DNA of 64,000 nt from a phage: the NCBI GenBank assembly GCA_020241865.1, contig GCA_020241865.1_4709.1; one strand, given 5' to 3'. The notes beneath the pieces are model-generated. The model ran no database searches. It was not told the DNA's origin and was given only the letters and a program-made list of their open reading frames with translations. This document shows positions 37,423 through 48,605 of this stretch, in pieces. Made by a program: the position numbers and the translations under genes. How positions within the stretch are numbered: the first letter of the stretch is position 1; each line of letters starts with the position of its first letter.

Positions 37423-38628
37423 ATGTCTAATTACTACGACCAAGCTATTCAAACCATTCAGGAGAATAATGCGTCGTTAACACCCGAAGCTGTGGAGGCA
37501 GCGGGCAATGCGGTGTTATTCACTGATTCGGATTGGGCAATAGCGCGGAAGAATATTCGTACCAGTGTCGGTCAAGGGACATACGAGGACAGTATCGCCA
37601 GACGGTATCGGAATGTGTCGCCTATTCCTGGTAACAGCCCGATCCCGATTAACCGCGATCATGCCGGTATTACCTTCTTCACACGACCTAATTTACATCT
37701 TACCGACGCGAACTTAAAACGAGATCGACGTTTGTGGTCGTTACGTACGGATAACCCTAACAGTATTCAGGCTGTTGTCCGTGACTACTTGGACCCTGTG
37801 GGTGCCAGAAAGCGGAACCATCGAGGACGTGCCATCGTCGATGAGCGCAATCCATTCATAAGTATACTGACGGACAACCTGACGGATATCAGCGGTTTCA
37901 ATGACATGGAAATGCAGGTCTATCAGGGTAAACCGGGATTACGCCAAGAAACCGTTGTGATGGCTGACGGTTCAGTGGATATGTTCCAGCCTTATAACCT
38001 GAACGCGACGTTCAAGAACATCATGGGTAACCCCATCATGTTCCTTCATTATATTTGGTTGATTTACATCGCAGGCGTGCATAATGGTGAACTGACGCCA
38101 AGCCCTCAGGCCATCATCGACAATGAAATGGATTACTGGACAAGATGCTATCGTATCATCCTGGATCCGACTGGGATGTATGTTCGTTATATCTTCGCAC
38201 CGACCGCGATGTTTCCTGTCGGGTTACCGATTGGTAATATGGCTAACTACAGCATCGATAAACCCTTCACGCAAGATAACGAACGTATCACTATCCCATA
38301 CCAAGCGGTTGGTAACAACGCATTCGATGAAATTCTGAAGGATGAATTCAATCGCCTTGTCCTGATGTTCTATTACGGTGAGAACGATACCCGTACGTTC
38401 CTTGAAGATGAGGAGTTGGTACCTATCTCACCCTACGAGCGTCGAATCATGTCGTATCGTGTCGATATGTATCCATTTATTCATCCGTTGACCTCAGAGC
38501 TTCTTTGGTTCGTACCCGCTGATGATTACAACGAATTCTATCTGGATCTTGAGCCGTCGGCGTTACCACCGGATACGTTCAGTCGCGATCTTGTCCGTAC
38601 CACCATTCCGCAAAATTACGAGGGATAA
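37423..38628 (+). CDS. hypothetical protein (about 401 aa)
   Basis: Track start 37390 is TTG lying 1 nt from the divergent gene start; ATG 37423 has AAGGA 7 nt upstream. Confidence 0.8.
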   Translation: MSNYYDQAIQTIQENNASLTPEAVEAAGNAVLFTDSDWAIARKNIRTSVGQGTYEDSIARRYRNVSPIPGNSPIPINRDHAGITFFTRPNLHLTDANLKRDRRLWSLRTDNPNSIQAVVRDYLDPVGARKRNHRGRAIVDERNPFISILTDNLTDISGFNDMEMQVYQGKPGLRQETVVMADGSVDMFQPYNLNATFKNIMGNPIMFLHYIWLIYIAGVHNGELTPSPQAIIDNEMDYWTRCYRIILDPTGMYVRYIFAPTAMFPVGLPIGNMANYSIDKPFTQDNERITIPYQAVGNNAFDEILKDEFNRLVLMFYYGENDTRTFLEDEELVPISPYERRIMSYRVDMYPFIHPLTSELLWFVPADDYNEFYLDLEPSALPPDTFSRDLVRTTIPQNYEG

Positions 38629-38631
38629 TAA

Positions 38632-41625
38632 ATGAGCGTAACCAACAAAGATCTTGCTGAACAGCTCAATCGCTATATGCTTTCACCTATTGAAATGCAG
38701 GCTATTGCAAGCGATATGATCCGTTTGGCCTCTGATGGCGAGTTAACCCTGGTTGACCCCAGCTGTCCGTTTGTTTATCTGCTGGAGGTTGCAACGGCAA
38801 CGGCTGCGAACCAGAACGCGCGGGATGAGTCCCGTGTTCGCGAACTGTATCCGAAGCTTGCAACCAACTGGAGCCAGCTCTATCGTTGGATGTATGACGA
38901 GTCGTACGTCGGACGTTTCGCAATGCCGGGTAAAACGGAAATCATTTATTCGTTAGGGTATCAGGAAATCCTCGATCGCGCTGTAGAGATTCCCAACACC
39001 ATCGCCTCCGATGATTTAAGCCGTTCTTACAGCCGTAAGTTAGTGATACCACGTACGACAGCGTTTACGGTAGCCGGAATGGATTTCGGGTTACATTATC
39101 CCATCGAAATCCAAGTACAAGCGCACGACCAGATCCGCGTCGTTTATAACACCGATAACATCAGCCCATTGCAAACCTTGGAGAGTAACCAAGTTGAGTA
39201 CGGGGTTGTTCGTGTAAAAGCGGGTAAAGTGTTGGTGATGCGTATCCCGCTGTTCCAGTTTAAAACACTGGTAAAAGATGTGCCGTTTAACAGCGTTCAC
39301 GGGATGAACAGCAGTATTACCTTCGAAGATCAGTTTTACCATTGTCGTGCGTACATGTCGTCAGATAACGATACCTGGACGGAGATAGCGACAACGCACA
39401 GTCAACAGATCTACGATCCGTTAACACCAACCATCGCGTTACAAGTAGAAGGGAACAAACTTAACTGGCGTGTTCCTGAAATTTATTTGTCTCAAGGTAC
39501 GATGGATAAAAGCACCATTCGACTTGAGGTGTTGACGACGAAAGGGAAAATCAGCGTCGACCCGTCTGATTACGACGTGACCGATTGGAAAGATAACTAC
39601 ATCGATCTGTCGCCAAAAGCCGAACAGAAATACAGTGCGCCGCTAAGTGCATTCAACATTAAAGGGATTTATAGCGAAGGGGCGTTGTCGGGTGGGCGAT
39701 CCGCGTTAACGTTCGAGGAACAACGTGAACGCGTTATGGCTGGCGTGAACAAAACCAAGGTGCCGATCACGGGAACGCAGGTAGAGCTGGTGCTTCAAGA
39801 TGCGGGCTACGGGATGGTGACCACCATCGACAACGTAACCAATCGTTCGTTCCTGGCAACCCGAGATTTACCGCAATTGAGCGACAGCGTGCCGCAAGCC
39901 GGTTCGTTGATGGGGTCTTTCTATACGTCAGCTGCAGCATTGGTGAAAAGTAAGTTTGTCGCCGATAACGGCGATCGTATTACGATTAAACCTGACTGCC
40001 TGTATCGCGACAGTAACGGAAGTATCACGCTGTTGTCGGACGATGAAATTGACCGTATTAATGCGGGCAACTCCGATGCGAAGTTGAATGCGGTAAACAA
40101 CGCCATGTTGTTTTACAGTCCGTTTCATTACGTATTAGATGCGACAAGCGATTTCGACATCCACGCTTATTACCTGGATGCCCCTAAGATCGGCACGCAA
40201 GCATTCCTCGACGCGAACGAGACAATCCCGTTAACCGCTATGGTGACCGGATACCGTCTGGATCGTATCGCTGAAGGATATCGTCTAAGCCTCATTGTAG
40301 AAGGTAACGACGCATGGAAGGCGCTCGACGATAAAAACGTGCATGTGCAGCTAGGATTCAATCCGCGGGGTGAGGGCGATTATGCGACGATGTTGGCATC
40401 GCCTACAACCGATGAACAAGGTCGTCGTTTGTTCACCTTCGATATCACCACGAACTATGATTTTACACGAATCCTGGCTGATGATTCCACGGCGTATGAA
40501 CCGTATATCGCATTGACCTCTTTCTCGATGTATGAATCGACACCGCGGGCTTACTGGGCATCACTGCAGCAGTATTTGGAAATCTTCCATGTGGTGACGG
40601 ATTATGCGCCGGAAGATGTCGACGGTATTTTACACAGTGCTTCCGATAATTACCTGGTTAAGAAACTCACGCTTCAAAATGGGTATTGTTTCTACCGTGA
40701 ACGTCTCACCGCAACCTTTGGTTATGATCTGGATGGTCTTTGGATGCGTTCTCGTACGGTGGCCTCGGAGATCACGTATAAACGTTACACCGAGAACATT
40801 CCATGGGTGTATGATGAAGATATTCCAGCGACGGATGAGACCGGTTCTGTTATCATTGAGCAAGGCGATGATGGTACGTTGTCGGTTAAATATCTGCATC
40901 GTAAAGGAGATCCGAAATTAAACAGTGATGGGAGCCAAGCCTATCGTTACCTGAAAGGCGACATCATGAAAGATAATTACGGTAATCCGATCCCCGTCGA
41001 TGAACGTGAGGTTCTGCGTAACCTGGACATGTTCTTTATTGATGCATCGTATCTGTTAGCGAACGATACAGACGTGATTGAGTATCGTAATGCGATTCCT
41101 ACGCAGCTTATCGAATGGATCCAGAACGATATCGACACGTTCATGAATTTCTGTTATGAAGAAACAGAGATTTCACTGTATCCTAAACAATCGCTGGGGT
41201 ATGTGGATGTGATTGTGGAAAACGGATTGGAAACGACGCTTCCTGCTGCCCTATCGTTCAACGTAACACTGTACTTACCAGCTAAGCAATACGCTGACCT
41301 GGATTTACGTCAAGTCCTTCAAGCGATGGTGTCGAAAGTCATCAATGAATGCTTGACATCCCGTACAGTAGCTAAAGCAGAAATGATCGCGATGATTCGT
41401 GAGGAAGGAGGTGACGACATCCTGAACGTTGAAATCGATGATTTTGGACCAGGTAAGAACCTCAGTGTTTATACCGCGAAGAACGACGGTGTTCGTTGTG
41501 CGGTGAAGAAAGAGCTTTATGTGAAAGCGGATGGTATCTTGTCCGTACGTGAAGCGATCGATGTAAGTTTTGTGAAACATGCACAAAGCAACAGTTCAGC
41601 GCTAGCACAAGGCCTTCGTGTCTAA
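38632..41625 (+). CDS. large hypothetical protein (997 aa), structural-protein candidate
   Basis: ORF track; ATG 38632 three nt after upstream stop. Confidence 0.85.
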   Translation: MSVTNKDLAEQLNRYMLSPIEMQAIASDMIRLASDGELTLVDPSCPFVYLLEVATATAANQNARDESRVRELYPKLATNWSQLYRWMYDESYVGRFAMPGKTEIIYSLGYQEILDRAVEIPNTIASDDLSRSYSRKLVIPRTTAFTVAGMDFGLHYPIEIQVQAHDQIRVVYNTDNISPLQTLESNQVEYGVVRVKAGKVLVMRIPLFQFKTLVKDVPFNSVHGMNSSITFEDQFYHCRAYMSSDNDTWTEIATTHSQQIYDPLTPTIALQVEGNKLNWRVPEIYLSQGTMDKSTIRLEVLTTKGKISVDPSDYDVTDWKDNYIDLSPKAEQKYSAPLSAFNIKGIYSEGALSGGRSALTFEEQRERVMAGVNKTKVPITGTQVELVLQDAGYGMVTTIDNVTNRSFLATRDLPQLSDSVPQAGSLMGSFYTSAAALVKSKFVADNGDRITIKPDCLYRDSNGSITLLSDDEIDRINAGNSDAKLNAVNNAMLFYSPFHYVLDATSDFDIHAYYLDAPKIGTQAFLDANETIPLTAMVTGYRLDRIAEGYRLSLIVEGNDAWKALDDKNVHVQLGFNPRGEGDYATMLASPTTDEQGRRLFTFDITTNYDFTRILADDSTAYEPYIALTSFSMYESTPRAYWASLQQYLEIFHVVTDYAPEDVDGILHSASDNYLVKKLTLQNGYCFYRERLTATFGYDLDGLWMRSRTVASEITYKRYTENIPWVYDEDIPATDETGSVIIEQGDDGTLSVKYLHRKGDPKLNSDGSQAYRYLKGDIMKDNYGNPIPVDEREVLRNLDMFFIDASYLLANDTDVIEYRNAIPTQLIEWIQNDIDTFMNFCYEETEISLYPKQSLGYVDVIVENGLETTLPAALSFNVTLYLPAKQYADLDLRQVLQAMVSKVINECLTSRTVAKAEMIAMIREEGGDDILNVEIDDFGPGKNLSVYTAKNDGVRCAVKKELYVKADGILSVREAIDVSFVKHAQSNSSALAQGLRV

Positions 41626-41646
41626 AACAAAATAGCATGAGCATAA

Positions 41647-41678
41647 CCCTCCTCCAACCCGTCAGGGAAGGAGGAGGG
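41647..41678. terminator. GC-rich stem-loop CCCTCCTCC-AA-CCC-GTCA-GGG-AA-GGAGGAGGG between convergent genes
   Basis: Perfect inverted repeat between stop 41625 (plus) and stop 41688 (minus). Confidence 0.65.
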
Positions 41679-41687
41679 AATATGCTG

Positions 41688-44600
41688 TTATCTTACGTTA
41701 TTGCTGTTCTGCTGTTCGCTGAACCAACCATACACCTTGAGATCGGTACCGTATTTCAACGCGATATACGCATTCAGCGCAGCACAGAACAAAGACGCGA
41801 ATGCCCATATCAGCGAAGGATCAACATCTTCCGTTACCATTGGGAGAGTATTATCCGGTTCCCATGATGGAGAACTGTCCATGAACGTTGCGTACCATCC
41901 CCGCCGTTGTTCTTCGGTGGTAAAGTCGCTATGGGGTTCCAATGCTTCTTTTGCCAGACGTCGATATTCGAACATATGCGTTGCTAAAGCCGATGAGTTA
42001 CCAGATTCGCCTTCATAGTTCGGATCCACCGCATAACAGAGTTCTGTGGAATCTAACAAAGCAACCGCCTGTGTGATGTTGTCGGCAGTGCCTGCACCAT
42101 AGAGCTCGATAGACCGCGAAAGCTTTTCACAGAACGCATTTAACGCGGAAGGATTGGACACCTGAAGGTCAAGGCCTAATGTCCACGGATAGTTACTGAA
42201 TACGCCCGTAAACCGCGGCATAACACCCAACAGATGTTGTCCGATTACAGCACGGTTATAAACAGCCCGGTTATAGACTTGAAACGCAGCCTCCAAAGCT
42301 TGGTTATAATGACGACGAAGTTCGTCACGCGAGTTGCGGAATCTGTTTGCCGCAAGACTTGTGGCTGCGACGCTACAAACATCGTAATTGGTGGACGAGA
42401 GCACAGTTTCGTTAAGATCGAACGATTCCTGTTTCAACGATCCGCTAACCGCTGCTGCTTCGCTGTTTGCTTTATCGACAACAGTACTCAAAGCGTTGAT
42501 GTAACGTTTAGCTCGGACTTCCAGCCATTGTGCGATACCGAGAATATCCACCGCGGCTTTAGCAAGATCGCGTGCATTCACGATTTCGTTCTTCAACGCC
42601 CCTAAACCTTTATTTTCAGGCGTTGAGGCTTGTTGACGAATCATACTGTTCAACATGGTAAGCAGATTATCCAACTCATGTCCGCTGACCTTGTTGCGCG
42701 CATCGGTAATCGGCCCTTGCAGGAATTTACGACAACCGTCATTATACCGAATCAGTTTATCCACGTCGATGGATTCGTTCGTGGTTTCCTTGAACTGATT
42801 CTTTAATTCTTCACGGTAGTCGTGTATCTCGCTTGTAAGATTATCAACGGTGATACCATTGTGACCAAGAAGAACTTTACTGAAGTTGCCCTTCTCGAAC
42901 GCCAGTGCGATGTCTTCACGAATCTTAGCCAGTTTATCCTGATCTAATTCACGACCGTTTGACAGTTCTTTCACTTCAGCACTGATTATTGCTGCAACCG
43001 TTCCAAGGTTATCGGTAACCCCTTTGAACGTGCTTGACCAAACACTTCCCGCTTCAGCGTATTTTGCGATGGTCTGGATACCGACGCTATGTAACGACGC
43101 TAAACGTTTCTTCGTACCTTCGGTAAGCAATGCATCTTTAGCTCGCGTAAGTTGACTGTTATTGGCTTCCGCTTGCTGGATGGCCGCTTTCGCATTCCCG
43201 TTACGCCAGCTCTTAACCAACCAATCGACCAAACGTTTCAGGATGTTGATGGTATATTCCATCGTACGTCGTAACGTTTCCCATGCGCTTTCAGCGGTAT
43301 AGATCCCACCAACAGTGTACCCTTCCATCTTCAGCGCTTTGGTATCGGTTTGACGTGCCAACCATTCTACCGTCGCAGAACAAACGTTTACGAACGCCTC
43401 CAGGTAGTTGTAATAGGCCTCTGTTGCGGAGGTTTCGTTGAGCTTCGAATGCAGATAAAACTGTTCGTATAGCTCGTCGTCATCACCGAAGGCGTCGTAG
43501 TTCCACAGTTCGGTATCGCAGCCGGTACCACAGAAGACATCCGCCGTTGTAAACTCCTTAAGTGCTTTCGTTGCGTCGTTGGTCAGGAATTTACCTGTCT
43601 CAAGTACGTCGTCAACATTAAGTCTCGGGAGTTCGTCAGTAATTGGGTTTTCCAGCATCAACGTATTGAAGAACACGCTGTACTTGTATCCAAGCCATTT
43701 TGGATAACTGTTTTCAGATATCGTAGACGCCGGTTTGATTTTCTTGGCTTCAGCCAACGTGTCTTCTGCAACCTGATATTGGTTTTCCCCAGCTTTGATA
43801 CGTCGTAATGCTTTTTCTTCCAACTGTTTGAGTTTGGTGTGCCGTGCTTGAGCTGGAGCCTCAACCAGTTTTTGTACCGACCGCATGGCGGAAATCGCTT
43901 CTTTCAATGTGGTGATCGGCATACGAACTTTACCGTCATCGAAACTCAGCGCGCGAGCAATACGTCGACTTACAACAGGTTCGGTATGGATGTTTCTTTC
44001 TACCCACGATTTGTTTGCGTAGGTTTGCGTGATTTGCTGCTGGATCTTTTCAAGATAGCCCCAGCTTTTGGATGCTTTGCCGTCCAAAAGCGGATTAGGT
44101 CCTTTCTTATCAAAAAGCTTTTTGATAGGATCAAAGAAACCTTCTTGCACGAGATCGATACGGGTGTAACCATCAGCTGCTTCGATTTCTTCTTGGGTTT
44201 TATCCCAGAAGTCGTCGCTCTTTGCAGCAACCGCTGTATCTTTAATGTCCAGGATGATCTGACCCACCGTTTGCGCAAACAGCAAGGCCGCACGTACCGA
44301 TTGTGCGAACATCCGCTGATATTTGATTCGAACGCATTGCATCTGGGTTAGCAGATTCAGTTGCGCGATCCCATCCAAGGTGCTATCTTGAGCAAGTCCT
44401 TCAGCCTTAGCGATAACCTGTTTTACACGTTCAGCGACATCAACGTATTGCTGGCATACATCCCGCAGAATACGTGCTGCGAAGACCCCGGTACCGATAT
44501 AGTTCAACAGGTCTTTTAATGACCATTCAGACGGACAATCGGCTGGTGCGGTAGGGAGTAAGCAACCATCACCGTCCATGAATCGCTCTAATGCACTAAT

Positions 44601-45281
44601 ATCCTGATTTTCTACTCTCATGGGGATATCAGCATCAGCGGCTTGCAGATCCAGCATCTGTTGTAGGATGTTGGTATCGGTTTGCACAAGCGTCGCAAGC
44701 GCTTGGCTGTGTGCGATTATTGGTAACGCTGGTGACCATACTGCAGCAAGCTTGTCGGCGTGACGTTGAATGGCATACCCCATATCCTCGATCACATCGG
44801 GATGCTCGATAACCCCCTGAAGCGTTTGATGTAGCTCACCGAGTTGCTGAGACAGATCGACCATCATGGTGTTGAAGGTTTCGCCATCCTCTTTGTGGTT
44901 GTCCAGACGCTCAAGTTCATGTTGAAGCAATGCGACGAGCTGTCCGTTGCCTTCTTGCTTCAGCTTGCTTTCCATTAACGTAACGGCTTTATCGACGATC
45001 TGGCACGCTTCACGAAAACCGGTTGTGGAAGGAAGCTCTGTCCATAACGCCAGCGGTTTACCGTCAAGGGCTTCCGGCATCGATAACGAAAGCATAGACA
45101 GTTGTTGACGTGATACTTGCTGTTCACGGTGTAATGTTTCTTTTAACGCCAAGAGATCGTCAAGAAACGCGCCGTTAAGGGTGGTCGTACGCGGTGTTGA
45201 ATTAATACCGTCAGTTAACGATTCAAGCACCAGGAGACCGTTATCAGCTGAAGAGAGTCCCGCGGCAAGATATTTGTTCAT
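41688..45281 (-). CDS. large hypothetical protein (1197 aa)
   Basis: ORF track; ATG 45281 with ACGGAG upstream. Confidence 0.85.
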   Translation of the reverse strand: MNKYLAAGLSSADNGLLVLESLTDGINSTPRTTTLNGAFLDDLLALKETLHREQQVSRQQLSMLSLSMPEALDGKPLALWTELPSTTGFREACQIVDKAVTLMESKLKQEGNGQLVALLQHELERLDNHKEDGETFNTMMVDLSQQLGELHQTLQGVIEHPDVIEDMGYAIQRHADKLAAVWSPALPIIAHSQALATLVQTDTNILQQMLDLQAADADIPMRVENQDISALERFMDGDGCLLPTAPADCPSEWSLKDLLNYIGTGVFAARILRDVCQQYVDVAERVKQVIAKAEGLAQDSTLDGIAQLNLLTQMQCVRIKYQRMFAQSVRAALLFAQTVGQIILDIKDTAVAAKSDDFWDKTQEEIEAADGYTRIDLVQEGFFDPIKKLFDKKGPNPLLDGKASKSWGYLEKIQQQITQTYANKSWVERNIHTEPVVSRRIARALSFDDGKVRMPITTLKEAISAMRSVQKLVEAPAQARHTKLKQLEEKALRRIKAGENQYQVAEDTLAEAKKIKPASTISENSYPKWLGYKYSVFFNTLMLENPITDELPRLNVDDVLETGKFLTNDATKALKEFTTADVFCGTGCDTELWNYDAFGDDDELYEQFYLHSKLNETSATEAYYNYLEAFVNVCSATVEWLARQTDTKALKMEGYTVGGIYTAESAWETLRRTMEYTINILKRLVDWLVKSWRNGNAKAAIQQAEANNSQLTRAKDALLTEGTKKRLASLHSVGIQTIAKYAEAGSVWSSTFKGVTDNLGTVAAIISAEVKELSNGRELDQDKLAKIREDIALAFEKGNFSKVLLGHNGITVDNLTSEIHDYREELKNQFKETTNESIDVDKLIRYNDGCRKFLQGPITDARNKVSGHELDNLLTMLNSMIRQQASTPENKGLGALKNEIVNARDLAKAAVDILGIAQWLEVRAKRYINALSTVVDKANSEAAAVSGSLKQESFDLNETVLSSTNYDVCSVAATSLAANRFRNSRDELRRHYNQALEAAFQVYNRAVYNRAVIGQHLLGVMPRFTGVFSNYPWTLGLDLQVSNPSALNAFCEKLSRSIELYGAGTADNITQAVALLDSTELCYAVDPNYEGESGNSSALATHMFEYRRLAKEALEPHSDFTTEEQRRGWYATFMDSSPSWEPDNTLPMVTEDVDPSLIWAFASLFCAALNAYIALKYGTDLKVYGWFSEQQNSNNVR

Positions 45282-45296
45282 AAAACACTCCGTTGG

Positions 45297-45327
45297 CCTA
45301 GGGGAAGGTTTTCAGCCTTCCCCTAGG
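45297..45327 (-). terminator. stem-loop CCTAGGGGAAGG-TTTTCAG-CCTTCCCCTAGG
   Basis: Perfect 12-bp inverted repeat between stop 45341 and start 45281. Confidence 0.6.
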
Positions 45328-45340
45328 GTTATAAACACAA

Positions 45341-48136
45341 TTAAGCTAATTTACCGAAACCGGCTTTTTGCAGTTTCTCGTTGATGATTTTCGCTTCAGC
45401 GAAGACGTAATCGCGGTAGGCGGTCACTAACGCATCCACACGTGAACGCAAGGCTTCTTCGAAGCTATACCACGCTGCGATTTCACGAATCTGTGCGTTG
45501 ATATAATCAACGGTTGAGCGAAGCTCGGTTGCGTTTTCTTGCGGAACGGCTTTCACCTGGCGAGCAACGTCATTTAAACGGCGGAACTGTGTTTCGATTT
45601 CTTTAAACTTACTGTCGGCAAGTTTGCTGAATTCGTCACCAGAACGGGTAAATAACAGATAGCTGTTGCCGTCAAGTGCGGTCGCTAACTGCTGAAGTAC
45701 GTTGGTGTCCGGATACACAGGAGTACCGCTTTGCAGTACTTTCTCACCGAATTCCGCGAAGTCCTTCGGTGGTAAGTGTGCAGACGTTGTCAATTCGTTG
45801 AAACGGAAAGTCAGCGAATTATCATACAGCATCCGGTACGCTTCCATACCCTGTTTCATGGTACCGGCCAGGTTAGCCAGACGCGGAGCAATCTCGCCTT
45901 CTTTAGCGCGTTTCTGGTCTTCTAACGCCCCTTCGAGTTCTTTACACTGGTCGTTCAGATACACGATACGATCAGGACGTAGACGACGCATCTCACGAAG
46001 AATAGTATCCAGCTTACCTTCCTGGAAATAACCCAACGTTAAAGACGTACACGCTTGCTGAAGACGATCGAACACCGGTAAGGTTACCATCTCCTTACGG
46101 ATACCATCAACAATCGCAGAAACAGCCGAAAGTTTCTGTTCTGTAGTCAATGGAACATCAGAGGCCGACTTGCTGGGTGCACCAACAACGTTACGCATTG
46201 CGTCGGTATCCTCGGTTTTATCAACCTCTTTACGAACATGCTCATCAGGAACATAAACGTTCGCGTTACGTTTCGCCTGCTTGATGGCGTCGTTGGCCGC
46301 TTTTTCGGTGGCCGCTACGCTATCGGCACGTTTCTTCAAGAGTTCAATAATCCAGAGCAACAGACGACGAATCGCAGTGTAGGCTGTCGTGATGATGACA
46401 CCGATAACAGCCATCTTCATGATACCGAACGATTCCATGGTCGGCTCTAACGCTTGGTCTGGCATATACCGTTCACGCAGCTCCAGATAGATCTGCTCAT
46501 CTGGTTTGCTGACCTCACCACGATGCGAAGTCCGATAAATGGCTTCGTCAATCTCAACAAGATCTTTGCGTGCCTGACGGTCAGATTCTGTTAGGTAAGC
46601 ACAACCGGATACGTCGTCTTCGAAGCTTAAGAATTTGAAAAAGTCACTGACGTCGATCTTGATCTTCTTCGCTTCATTATCGACATCGATAACATCTTTT
46701 TTCTGTGCCTGATATTCCGCTTTGATGTCGTTCACCGGCTTCAACGCACGTTCTTTTAATACCTGCACGATCTGTTTCCAGTCGGCGTCACGCTCAAGAA
46801 CAAGGAAGTAATTCTTGAGTTCAAAAGCACGGTAACGCGCAACGAGTTGTTCTACCTGAATATGAGCGAGTTGCACATCCATCAGCCAACGCGACATTGC
46901 TGAGATCAAACGGCTATAAGCAAGCAATGTCTGATATGTTAGCTTCATGTGCTTTTCGTACAGCTCAATATCGCCGTCTTGAATATCAGCCGTTGGGTTC
47001 ATTTCCTTCGTTGCTTTGAAGATCTGTTCGGCCTCATTTAACGTTTGTTCGAATTTGACTTCATTAAACGTGTCAAACGGTTCAGCCAACTCCATCATTC
47101 GATCGTGAAGCTCACGAACCCAGGCTTCCTTATTGTTGCGAATAGCTGCGTCATCGTGAAGTTCAGTTTGATGTTTCTGTACCCATTCTTCGACGATATC
47201 AGCGGCGGCAACAATTCCTGTACCATCGGAAACTAACGGAACAACTCCAGCAAGTACGCCTACACACGCCGGGGTTTTCCAATAATCGTTCAAAGCGTTT
47301 CTGAATTCAACGATGGATTGTACGTTTGGTACCGTATCCAAAAACGTACTGCCGTTACGGCTCATTGTCGTTACGATATCAGCGAATTCCTTCTGCTTAG
47401 CGGTAACAAAAGGAACCAGGACCATAAGCCATTCAGCAACCGACTTCGCTTTCTCTTTCAGATTTTTGTCAGCGATTTCCTTAAGGTTTATCGCACCACC
47501 GTAACCTGCAAGCTCTTTATATACGTCGCTAAGGGTCATCTGTTTATCCAACATTTCTTTGAAACGTGGGTAATCAGCACCTAACGCATCGACAATATCG
47601 TTGATTACGTCATCAGTTGTTGCGATAAACTTCTTCGTATCAACGTTTGAATATTTCCAGACGTATCGTACTGCTTTCTTGATTCCTGCAAAGATAAACG
47701 CCCAGATACGCTTGATGAGTTCCCAGACTTTCTTCGCGCCATCGACAAACAGTTTAGAGACCTTGGCAACGAATCCTTCCTGCACCAATTCAACGCCGTT
47801 ACGTGATGGGATTTCCGTGAAGAAAGCATCCGGCAGTTGTTTCGGGAATGCGTCACCAAGACGCATACGCAGTTCCGGTACATCAGCACGAGAAATACCG
47901 CGTGTTACTAATTGTTCGTGAAGACGAACGTTTTCTTCACCAGAGGTCACGAATTCGTCAACATCGAAGGAGACCATTGTTTCCTGATCTTCGGTGGTAA
48001 CGACGCTTGAACCATCACTGGTTTGGATGTCTTCGTCAGGGAATGCCATGAGCATACCGTGACGCATTTCAACCACCCCGTAATCGGTTGCTAAACCGAA
48101 TTCGTTGTGGTCTGGGGTAATAACTGGGATACTCAT
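45341..48136 (-). CDS. large hypothetical protein (931 aa) with hydrophobic segments
   Basis: ORF track; ATG 48136 with AGGAG upstream; ATGA overlap with upstream stop. Confidence 0.85.
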   Translation of the reverse strand: MSIPVITPDHNEFGLATDYGVVEMRHGMLMAFPDEDIQTSDGSSVVTTEDQETMVSFDVDEFVTSGEENVRLHEQLVTRGISRADVPELRMRLGDAFPKQLPDAFFTEIPSRNGVELVQEGFVAKVSKLFVDGAKKVWELIKRIWAFIFAGIKKAVRYVWKYSNVDTKKFIATTDDVINDIVDALGADYPRFKEMLDKQMTLSDVYKELAGYGGAINLKEIADKNLKEKAKSVAEWLMVLVPFVTAKQKEFADIVTTMSRNGSTFLDTVPNVQSIVEFRNALNDYWKTPACVGVLAGVVPLVSDGTGIVAAADIVEEWVQKHQTELHDDAAIRNNKEAWVRELHDRMMELAEPFDTFNEVKFEQTLNEAEQIFKATKEMNPTADIQDGDIELYEKHMKLTYQTLLAYSRLISAMSRWLMDVQLAHIQVEQLVARYRAFELKNYFLVLERDADWKQIVQVLKERALKPVNDIKAEYQAQKKDVIDVDNEAKKIKIDVSDFFKFLSFEDDVSGCAYLTESDRQARKDLVEIDEAIYRTSHRGEVSKPDEQIYLELRERYMPDQALEPTMESFGIMKMAVIGVIITTAYTAIRRLLLWIIELLKKRADSVAATEKAANDAIKQAKRNANVYVPDEHVRKEVDKTEDTDAMRNVVGAPSKSASDVPLTTEQKLSAVSAIVDGIRKEMVTLPVFDRLQQACTSLTLGYFQEGKLDTILREMRRLRPDRIVYLNDQCKELEGALEDQKRAKEGEIAPRLANLAGTMKQGMEAYRMLYDNSLTFRFNELTTSAHLPPKDFAEFGEKVLQSGTPVYPDTNVLQQLATALDGNSYLLFTRSGDEFSKLADSKFKEIETQFRRLNDVARQVKAVPQENATELRSTVDYINAQIREIAAWYSFEEALRSRVDALVTAYRDYVFAEAKIINEKLQKAGFGKLA

Positions 48137-48573
48137 GCATTCTCTCCTTGCAGTGCGTTAGCGAAAGCCGTTGCGAGTTGCGCAACCAGCTTAGGATCAA
48201 CACCTTCGATAACGTCGGGCAGCCCTGCGGTTTCTTGGTCACGAACGGCGGAGGCTAATAACAGCATGGTTTCAGGTGCGGTCGGCTCATGCACCATGCG
48301 GTAACGCAGGCACCAGAAGTAGCGGGCAACGTCTAACGCATCGGCCAGCCCAATAACCAGTACCTTGTTCAGCTTATCCAGCCCTTCACGGATTTTAGGG
48401 AGATGTTCGCGAACGAAAATGCTATCTGCGGTCAGATCTTCTTTTTCAGCGAATACGGGCATGCTGTAACCAGCGATATAACCTGCGGCAATACTTAGCG
48501 CACGGGTCTGTTGTTCGGCTGGGAAATCACGTACCAGGTCTTTCAGCTGAACGGCGAAATCAGAAATATTCAT
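48133..48573 (-). CDS. hypothetical protein (146 aa)
   Basis: ORF track; ATG 48573 with AAAGGA upstream. Confidence 0.75.
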   Translation of the reverse strand: MNISDFAVQLKDLVRDFPAEQQTRALSIAAGYIAGYSMPVFAEKEDLTADSIFVREHLPKIREGLDKLNKVLVIGLADALDVARYFWCLRYRMVHEPTAPETMLLLASAVRDQETAGLPDVIEGVDPKLVAQLATAFANALQGENA

Positions 48574-48605
48574 GTTAAATTCCTTTATAGTAAAAATAGA
48601 AGAGA